From: an uncultured Candidatus Poseidoniales archaeon | GTDB lineage: Archaea > Thermoplasmatota > Poseidoniia > Poseidoniales > Poseidoniaceae | Direction: 5' to 3' | DNA length: 64,000 nucleotides | NCBI GenBank assembly: GCA_905182715.1 | Contig: CAJJCP010000003.1 | Span: forward strand, 67,580 to 131,579 | Shown here: positions 38,456 to 45,349 of the stretch, piece after piece | Layout of the letters: every line of letters begins with the position of its first letter | Numbering within the stretch: position 1 is the stretch's first letter | The notes under the pieces: model-generated | What the model was told of the DNA's origin: nothing | The model's input: only the letters and a program-made list of their open reading frames with translations | Databases searched by the model: none | Position numbers and translations under genes: made by a program

Positions 38456-38914
38456 ATGGCCCAGCCTCCGGTGAACGAACCTCAAAATCGTTCCAAAGAC
38501 TCGCCGCCGCAAACGATTATTTTGGAATCGACTCCGTCGATTACTTCTTTTCAAAGGCAAGATAGGACTGTAATATCTCCCCAAAATTCTCCCTTTCAAC
38601 TCCTAGAACCGATGCCCGTAGAGGCCGCACAGAATTCTTGGCCGATGTTTTTTCTTGGATTTTCCATGCCTTTTCTTGTGTGCTTTTTAAGCTATTTTGT
38701 AATAGAAAGCATGTGGGGACTCTTCCCAAGAGTGAGTGATGGACTCCTTGATGCTTCATGTTGGGCCCTCCCCCTCCTCTATATCGGTACATTGATCTAC
38801 TCATTTGCCAAAGGTAGCAGGTCTTTCGGAAAGGGATTATTAGCGGCAGCAGCGGTGCCAGTACTCTTAATCGGAGGTTTATTCCTCATTCTCTATATTG
38901 AATACGGAATCTAA
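38456..38914 (+). CDS. Hypothetical membrane protein
   Basis: 152-aa ORF. Pro/Ser/Gln-rich N-terminus followed by about 4 hydrophobic helices. Confidence 0.5.
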   Translation: MAQPPVNEPQNRSKDSPPQTIILESTPSITSFQRQDRTVISPQNSPFQLLEPMPVEAAQNSWPMFFLGFSMPFLVCFLSYFVIESMWGLFPRVSDGLLDASCWALPLLYIGTLIYSFAKGSRSFGKGLLAAAAVPVLLIGGLFLILYIEYGI

Positions 38915-39007
38915 AGTTTCGAAGAGAAACCCTGCAAATATTGTTCAAATTTGGCGAGGGTATATTTCTAAAAACCTCCTCCTTGAAGCATACTCCGAGG
39001 TGCCTTT

Positions 39008-39526
39008 ATGGAACATGTTTTGATCCCTCCCGCAACACCTACAACTCCCTATTATGACTGTAGATTTGCAGTCCTACGAGAGCCGATTGGGTTTCAAAGG
39101 GGCGCTGAATTACTCGATGATGACGAGCAAGCTATTCACGCGTGGGTCGAATACGATGACCTTGTTGTTGCAGTCGGGAGAGCACACCTCATTGGTGCCG
39201 AAAGCGACGGTTCTGCGGCAGATCATGCGGGACCTGATGCTACGAAATGCCCAGGCTTCGGGCCATTGACGGACCCTTCAAACCGCCCGGCGATCCAAAT
39301 CCGGCAGATGGGCACTCGTCAAGAAGCGCGGCGAAAGGGGCATGCGGCAATAGTTTTAGAAGCACTTGAAAAAAACTCAAAGCACCACTTCGGCGCTAAA
39401 ATAGGCCTTTTACAAGCGAGAGAAATTGCCATTCCATTTTACCAATCGCAAGGATGGACGCTTATCGATGAGCCCTACTCGATTGACGGAATCGGGCCAC
39501 ACCGTTCGATGATGAAGCAATTATGA
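39008..39526 (+). CDS. GNAT-family N-acetyltransferase
   Basis: 172-aa ORF. The acetyl-CoA motif A-like block is IRQMGTRQEARRKGHAAIVLEALE. The C-terminal PFYQSQGW is typical of the fold. Confidence 0.75.
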   Translation: MEHVLIPPATPTTPYYDCRFAVLREPIGFQRGAELLDDDEQAIHAWVEYDDLVVAVGRAHLIGAESDGSAADHAGPDATKCPGFGPLTDPSNRPAIQIRQMGTRQEARRKGHAAIVLEALEKNSKHHFGAKIGLLQAREIAIPFYQSQGWTLIDEPYSIDGIGPHRSMMKQL

Positions 39527-39684
39527 ACATGAATTGTTCATATACCGTCGCAATTTTTCCCTTTCAATGCAATATCGGTCCCGGGAGCGTCAGTTCCACA
39601 AGGGGAAAAATGAATACTGCGCCATTTTTTATGCCATTATTTTGTGAAAAGGTGTGAACACCACTCTGAAACTGAGGAGATACA

Positions 39685-40419
39685 ATGAAATCGAAGCAAA
39701 TCAACAAGAAAGAACCTTATTATGTAACTGCGGGAGACGTAAACCTAATGCCTCCTGAGCAGACCCTGCAAAAAGCAAGGAATGAAAAATATTTGAAAGC
39801 CCTTCAAACTCTTGCCGAAAGAGACCCCGAAGGATTTTCAAATGTCGCCCCCGAACTGATCAAAAGGAGCGTTTGGAATTGGAGAGGCGCAGACCCTTTC
39901 TTCGCAGAAAGACTCTCAAATTGGATCGATACAGCACATAAATGGAGTGAATTCAAAGAAATTCTCCCGAAAGACGCCCACCTCCCTCGTCGAAAATCCA
40001 TTGAAGCGATTTCGTATGAAAATTTACCACAACAATACAGCGGATTTCTACAACACCTGTCGCAGAGATTTGAAGGCGATTATACTCGATGGGATGCTTC
40101 CAAGAGAGACCAATTCACCATTCTCGGCATGCTTGCACTCGAAGGAAAAGAAGGCGTACGCCAGGGGAGATTGATCCATCACCTCGGCCTCGATAGCACA
40201 GGTAGCGTTGGATTGCCTGGCTCAAATGCAATTAGGGCAGCTAAAATCGCATTAAGCCGTTCAGCTAAACCCCTGCATCTTTGGGCTCCAGCATCAGGCA
40301 ACGGTAGTGAAAGACTTCACGCCTTCGACGATTCTAATTTAGCAGATCTTGTCGCGAGATTTGTGTTAAATCAGCAAGCAGCGATTTTACTTCCTCCTGC
40401 ATACACGCTCGAAGGATGA
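39685..40419 (+). CDS. Hypothetical protein
   Basis: 244-aa ORF with plausible composition. A possible winged-helix segment is FTILGMLALEGKEGVRQGRLIHHLGL. No family recognised. Confidence 0.55.
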   Translation: MKSKQINKKEPYYVTAGDVNLMPPEQTLQKARNEKYLKALQTLAERDPEGFSNVAPELIKRSVWNWRGADPFFAERLSNWIDTAHKWSEFKEILPKDAHLPRRKSIEAISYENLPQQYSGFLQHLSQRFEGDYTRWDASKRDQFTILGMLALEGKEGVRQGRLIHHLGLDSTGSVGLPGSNAIRAAKIALSRSAKPLHLWAPASGNGSERLHAFDDSNLADLVARFVLNQQAAILLPPAYTLEG

Positions 40420-40768
40420 CCCAAACACAGCGTCGCGCTCTTCATATAGTGTCGGTATGTTCCAATATGTAGAGGGAACGTTGGGTTCCCTAGAACTAAC
40501 CCGTGAAATACGATGCATTTGGAGGAACAATACAAGGAACTGAACAAGGGACAAAAAAGGACAACTGCGAACCAGTCTGTGCCTGCCACAACCGTAAAAG
40601 TTGTCGGTCGAAAGTCTCTTGTTACCGCCTTGAACATTACCCGCATTCAGTGCGCAGCATCGCGAACATCCCTAGATGCCTCTCCCACCATGTGGGCTGG
40701 GCATCTGGAAAGAGAGAACAGCGGGTTCTCTATGTAACAACAACCAAAAATATAGGAAGTGAAAAAAC

Positions 40769-42505
40769 ATGAATGATAAAAAAATAATGAGCGTGCTAAT
40801 TGCAATGTTCCTCGCTCTCTCTGCATTATCTGCAGTGAGCGGTGACGGATCTGACCCACTCGACCCATCTGATGGTGGCGCCGACTGGGACGGTGACGGT
40901 CTCACCAACTCCGAGGAGCAAAACGAAGGCACCAATATGAACAATGCAGACAGCGATGGCGACGGTCTCCCAGATGGCTGGGAAGTCTCGAATGGCCTTA
41001 ACCCAACTAATGGTGGCGATGGAAATGCAGACCCTGACGGCGATGGTTTAACCAATGCCCAAGAGTATGCAGCGGGTACTAACCCGAACAACGCCGACAC
41101 TGATGGTGACGGTAAGGCTGACAACGTTGACTCGTTCCCGAACGATCCGAACGACGGTGAATATTCCGACTCCGACGGTGACGGTATCCCTGATGCTTAC
41201 GATCCTGACTTTACCGAGTCAGGCGCAGGCGCAGGCGATGGTGGCACTGAAGGCGGTGGCGAATCTGATGCCGGAGCTCAAAACCCACAACCTGGTCAAG
41301 GACAAGGTCAAGGACAAGGTCAAGGACAAGGTCAAGGACAAGGTCAAGGACAAGGTCAAGGACAGGGTCAAGGACAAGGTCAAGGACAAGGTCAAGGACA
41401 AGGTCAAGGACAAGGTCAAGGACAAGGTCAAGGACAAGGTCAAGGACAAGGTCAAGGACAAGGTCAAGGACAAGGACAAGGTCAAGGACAAGGTCAAGGA
41501 CAAGGTCAAGGACAAGGTCAGGGGCAACAAGGTCAACAGGGACAGCAAGGTCAACAGGGACAGCAAGGTCAACAAGGCCAGCAAGGTCAACAAGGCCAGC
41601 AAGGTCAACAAGGCCAGCAAGGTCAACAAGGCCAGCAAGGTCAACAAGGCCAGCAAGGCCAGCAAGGTCAACAAGGTGAACAGCAAGACAATGGACAAGG
41701 TCAGCAACAACAAGGTGGCGAACAAGGTGGTCAACAAGGCCAGCAAGAAGGTCAAAACCAGAACGGCGATAACCAAAACGGTCAGAGCCAACAACAACAA
41801 GGTCAAACCCAAAACGGTCAAGAAGGCCAACAGGGTCAACAGACCGACCAACAACAACAACAGCAAACCGACAACCAGGGTCCTGCCGACAACGACGGTG
41901 ACGGAATTCCAGACAACATTGATAATGACAACGACAACGATGGTATCCCCAACGATGTCGATGACAATCCAAACGACCACGACAACGACGGAATTGACGA
42001 TGCTCTTGACAGTGATGATGACGGCGATGGAATCGACGACTCTGAGGAAACTCAAGACGGCGATCCAAACACCAACATCTACGACCACGACAACGACGGA
42101 ATCACAGATTCCGTTGACCTCGACATCGACAACGACGGAATTGACAACTACAATGATTGGGAAGATTCGAATGGTAATGGTATAATGGATGCTGGTGAAG
42201 ACCGCAGCCGTGACCACGACAACGATGGCTCTGATGATGGAGTAGATACTGATGACGACAACGACGATATTCTCGACGTTGACGAAATTGGTGGAATCTC
42301 TGGAAACTACCGCTACGACCATGACAATGATGGAATTTGGGACCTCTCCGACACAGACGACGACAACGACGGCCTTGCCGACTGGTTCGAAGTCAATGAC
42401 GGAAACTCAATGACCGGTCAATTCGATCACGACAACGACGGAATAGACGACCACGAAGATGCTGACGACGATGACGACGGCATTCTCGATGAACTCGAAG
42501 CTTGA
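40769..42505 (+). CDS. Secreted TSP3-like Ca-binding repeat protein with a central (GQ)n/(GQQ)n low-complexity domain
   Basis: 578-aa ORF. Signal peptide is MSVLIAMFLALSALSAVSG. N-terminal repeats read DWDGDGLTNSEE..GTN..NADSDGDGLPDGWE. These are followed by the GQ/GQQ tract and then ~20 D.D.DG loops. There is no C-terminal TM. Confidence 0.85.
   Translation: MNDKKIMSVLIAMFLALSALSAVSGDGSDPLDPSDGGADWDGDGLTNSEEQNEGTNMNNADSDGDGLPDGWEVSNGLNPTNGGDGNADPDGDGLTNAQEYAAGTNPNNADTDGDGKADNVDSFPNDPNDGEYSDSDGDGIPDAYDPDFTESGAGAGDGGTEGGGESDAGAQNPQPGQGQGQGQGQGQGQGQGQGQGQGQGQGQGQGQGQGQGQGQGQGQGQGQGQGQGQGQGQGQGQGQGQGQGQGQGQGQGQQGQQGQQGQQGQQGQQGQQGQQGQQGQQGQQGQQGQQGQQGQQGQQGQQGEQQDNGQGQQQQGGEQGGQQGQQEGQNQNGDNQNGQSQQQQGQTQNGQEGQQGQQTDQQQQQQTDNQGPADNDGDGIPDNIDNDNDNDGIPNDVDDNPNDHDNDGIDDALDSDDDGDGIDDSEETQDGDPNTNIYDHDNDGITDSVDLDIDNDGIDNYNDWEDSNGNGIMDAGEDRSRDHDNDGSDDGVDTDDDNDDILDVDEIGGISGNYRYDHDNDGIWDLSDTDDDNDGLADWFEVNDGNSMTGQFDHDNDGIDDHEDADDDDDGILDELEA
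41294..41674 (+). repeat. Coding microsatellite: 12-nt unit ggtcaaggacaa (GQGQ), then 9/18-nt units (GQQ)
   Basis: Read directly. 41294-41527 alternates ggt/gga caa almost perfectly, about 39 GQ by hand count, with one cag variant near 41363 and one phase slip near 41471. 41522-41674 holds about 17 GQQ units built from ggt caa caa / ggc cag caa. Confidence 0.95.
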
Positions 42506-42560
42506 ATTTAGTGACGAAACTATCGTAAGTTAATCACCGATACTTTGGTATCGGGGCGCC

Positions 42561-42602
42561 GGATTTCTAGGGGGTTCGCCCCCTGGAAATCCCTCTTTTT
42601 TT
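42561..42602 (+). terminator. Hairpin plus T-run downstream of the GQ-repeat gene
   Basis: ggatttctaggggg-ttcg-ccccctggaaatcc forms a 14-bp stem with one G-U and a UUCG loop. It is followed by ctcTTTTTTTc. A smaller hairpin, ccgatac-tttg-gtatcgg, lies at 42537-42554. Confidence 0.45.
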
Positions 42603-42676
42603 CTTCACTCATTTTTTGTTTACCGAGATATTGATATCGTGTAAGGATTGATAACAGGTTAGCAACTAGAAAGTTC

Positions 42677-42934
42677 ATGTCAGAGAAGCGAGTTCTACGT
42701 AAGATGAAAAAACTCGCTACACGCATCAGTGACAAAATGGAGACTGTCCGTGACGTCATGGAAGATTTAGAGATTGAATTTGAAATACTGCAAAAGCAGA
42801 TCGTTAAGCTTGAATCCAAGAAAGGAATCGAAAGCACAGACGAAAGCAAAGAGGATATCGACTTCGAAGATGAACCTGACGAAGTTCTAGATTTAGAAAA
42901 TACTTCAGTGGTTACCGTACGCCCAAAGTTTTGA
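42677..42934 (+). CDS. Small acidic coiled-coil protein (hypothetical)
   Basis: 85-aa ORF with heptad-like charge pattern (KMETVRDVMEDLEIEFEILQKQIVKLESKK). I prefer it over the overlapping antisense ORF 42520-43200. Confidence 0.5.
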   Translation: MSEKRVLRKMKKLATRISDKMETVRDVMEDLEIEFEILQKQIVKLESKKGIESTDESKEDIDFEDEPDEVLDLENTSVVTVRPKF

Positions 42935-43099
42935 ACATTCAACGCCATTGAGTTCTCTCCCCGACACCATTCCAGTCGTGTCTTCAAGCGGTCTTGTCCG
43001 CAAATGATACGCAACGACTTCTGTGATACCAAAACACGCAACCGCGCCATGGCCTTCAAATAGGGTATGTCGGTGGCAAAATGATTCCGAGGTGCCCAC

Positions 43100-45349
43100 A
43101 TGCTGTCAAAATCACACTTAGAAACCATTAGCCATCGCCAAAAACTCACCATGTCATTGACCATCATCATTTTGATGTTGACCAGCACAATGCTGGGCAT
43201 TGTACAGGACTTTAGTGCGGAAGAAACAAAGCCAACACTTCAATTCAGTGAAGGCGAAAGAATCACTTTAACCTCTGCCCAGTCTACTGAACAAGGCGGA
43301 CAAGGCTCATGGAATGGCGCTCAAGATGCATGGCAACTTGAAGACCACCCTGTTCTCTCGGACCTCATGTGGTCAGACCCAGGAGTTGCTGCTGGAATTA
43401 TTTCCGACGAAGCTGCAATAGCAGCTATTATGCCGTACTATTCGACACTCCTCGAAGAATCAAATAAAGACGATCACGACAATGATGGCGTCAGCGATCT
43501 TTATGATTTGGATGATGACAACGATGGAATTTATGACCTCCTCGAACGATTCGATGGATGTTACGGAACCGACCCATTCGACCATGACAACGACGGAATC
43601 CTCGATGCAGAGGACTGGGACGATGACAACGACGGAATTCTCGAAGGCCCAATTGATATCGAAGCACTTGAAGCACTCGGATTGGACCCACGAAACGTCA
43701 GTACAGACCGCCGCCTCGACCCAAGCGTCGTCCACCCTTGGACTGGACAACCAGTCGGAGCGTTCTACCTTGCAGACCAAAATCCAATGGACCACGATAA
43801 CGATGGCGTTACCGACGAAGACTCCGATGGCTCTGGCCCTGGAAGTTATGACGAAGACGATGACAACGACGCTCGTATTGACCAATTCAAGTGGCCATGC
43901 GACCTTGACAGCGACGGTGTCCAAGATTACTTCGATGCAGACGACGACAACGATGGCGTTGACGACATCACAGATTCCCACCCTTACGATGCATCTATAA
44001 CAACTACGCATGCCCAAGCAGGAAACCTTTACGATGTTGCAATTAACTGGGATTTCAATTCATACCGTGCGTATTCAGGCGGCATCGACTTCCTTACATG
44101 GGAATTAAACCGCGTCAATGCAGTAAACGCCCCTTCAGTCACATCAACATCTCCAAACGGCGTACCAGCATTTACTGCGATTGTAGATGGCGACCTCGAC
44201 GGCGACGGCATTCCAAACTTTATCGACCCCGATAACGATAATGACGACACACCAGACAGCTCCGATACCGATGACGACAACGACGGAATCCTTGACATGT
44301 CTGACCCTGATGATGACAACGACGGAATTCCTGACACATGTATGAATCTCGACGTCAACGGTGATATGCTGAATGATTTCACCCGAGCCAACTCCTCACC
44401 TTTCCAGACACCTGGTGGAGATACAGACGGTATTGCTGGAATTGATTGTGAAATGGACTATGACCAAGATTTAGACGATGACCGATTGCGACCATTCGAC
44501 CAGAATTACAATGCTGTCTATGATTGGCTCGACCCTGACATGGGCGGTACCCCCACACCAGATAACCTTGGAGACATTTCAGTGAGCGGGGATGCAAATA
44601 ATTTTGAATACGATTTAGATGACGACCAAATCACCAATGAAAACGACTCCTTCCCACTTGACAAGTCCTCGGATGTCGCTTCATGGAATTGCCCTACTAT
44701 AGCAAATCCAAATCCGGTAAACCCCGACTCACGCTGTAATACGCGCCGTGCTTCCTATTCTCAATTCAACGATTGGGATGGCGATGGAATCAACAACTGG
44801 ATTGACGTAGACGACGACAACGACGGAATCATCGATCCTCTTGACATCGATTGGGACTGTGATCTTGACAACGATGGCGACCTTCACGCTATCAACGGCG
44901 CACTCTATCGGGACGACGGACCAAACTCAGTTGACTCAGACATCGATGGAGACGGTCTTGAAAACGACATCGATTGGGATGATGACAACGACGGTATTTC
45001 TGATTACTACGATCCAGATGACGGAAATTGCGGTGTTGTTGATTATGACGCAAACGATAATTTTGCAAACCCATACTACCCTATTGCAGACGGTGGCACA
45101 CTCGATGGTAGCCAAGACAGCACACCTTACACAGACAACTCAACCGACCACTGGAATCTCGTCTTTTGGCACAATCCTTTCGCCGACGTTGTTCTTAACT
45201 ACAACGGCTATGATGCATACAACAACACCAGTTACGCCAGGGACAGTTCCAGAATACTACTGGTTCCTCTTTGCTCGCTGGTCACCTTACAACGGCGGAA
45301 ACGACTGGGATATCGACACGGACGGAGATTCTCTCTCCAACGGACTTGA
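43100..45349 (+). CDS. Giant surface protein, fragment 1 of 3 (signal anchor plus TSP3-like repeats)
   Basis: 749-aa ORF. Likely start is ATG 43151 (MSLTIIILMLTSTMLGIV). The body is dozens of D.D.DG..D loops. The last ~35 codons after ~45240 (SSRILLVPLCSLVTLQRRKRLGYRHGRRF) look out of frame. Confidence 0.8.
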   Translation: MLSKSHLETISHRQKLTMSLTIIILMLTSTMLGIVQDFSAEETKPTLQFSEGERITLTSAQSTEQGGQGSWNGAQDAWQLEDHPVLSDLMWSDPGVAAGIISDEAAIAAIMPYYSTLLEESNKDDHDNDGVSDLYDLDDDNDGIYDLLERFDGCYGTDPFDHDNDGILDAEDWDDDNDGILEGPIDIEALEALGLDPRNVSTDRRLDPSVVHPWTGQPVGAFYLADQNPMDHDNDGVTDEDSDGSGPGSYDEDDDNDARIDQFKWPCDLDSDGVQDYFDADDDNDGVDDITDSHPYDASITTTHAQAGNLYDVAINWDFNSYRAYSGGIDFLTWELNRVNAVNAPSVTSTSPNGVPAFTAIVDGDLDGDGIPNFIDPDNDNDDTPDSSDTDDDNDGILDMSDPDDDNDGIPDTCMNLDVNGDMLNDFTRANSSPFQTPGGDTDGIAGIDCEMDYDQDLDDDRLRPFDQNYNAVYDWLDPDMGGTPTPDNLGDISVSGDANNFEYDLDDDQITNENDSFPLDKSSDVASWNCPTIANPNPVNPDSRCNTRRASYSQFNDWDGDGINNWIDVDDDNDGIIDPLDIDWDCDLDNDGDLHAINGALYRDDGPNSVDSDIDGDGLENDIDWDDDNDGISDYYDPDDGNCGVVDYDANDNFANPYYPIADGGTLDGSQDSTPYTDNSTDHWNLVFWHNPFADVVLNYNGYDAYNNTSYARDSSRILLVPLCSLVTLQRRKRLGYRHGRRFSLQRT

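Noticed and set aside
38158-40419. Integrated element next to tRNA-Cys (small membrane protein, GNAT, hypothetical gene), and similarly next to tRNA-Pro and tRNA-Leu
   Set aside because: There is no integrase or recombinase, and I could find no direct repeat of a tRNA 3' segment by eye. A proper repeat search is needed before making any claim.
41294-41674. Possible CRISPR array, suggested by a regular short direct repeat
   Set aside because: The units are 12 and 9 nt with no unique spacers. They lie in frame inside a long ORF, and there are no cas genes.
41055-42322. Long ORFs 41055-42185 (+), 41211-42068 (-) and 41219-42322 (-) with periodic KVKD, LDLV and LTLS repeats
   Set aside because: They are the alternative-frame and antisense readings of the GQ/GQQ microsatellite and the Asp-rich repeats. 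The frame with a signal peptide and D.D.DG loops (40769-42505) is the only coherent one.
42520-43200. 226-aa minus-strand ORF spanning the gap between the GQ gene and the giant gene
   Set aside because: It is Ser/Arg/Met-rich with no motifs. It overlaps both the more plausible coiled-coil ORF 42677-42934 and the 5' end of the giant gene.
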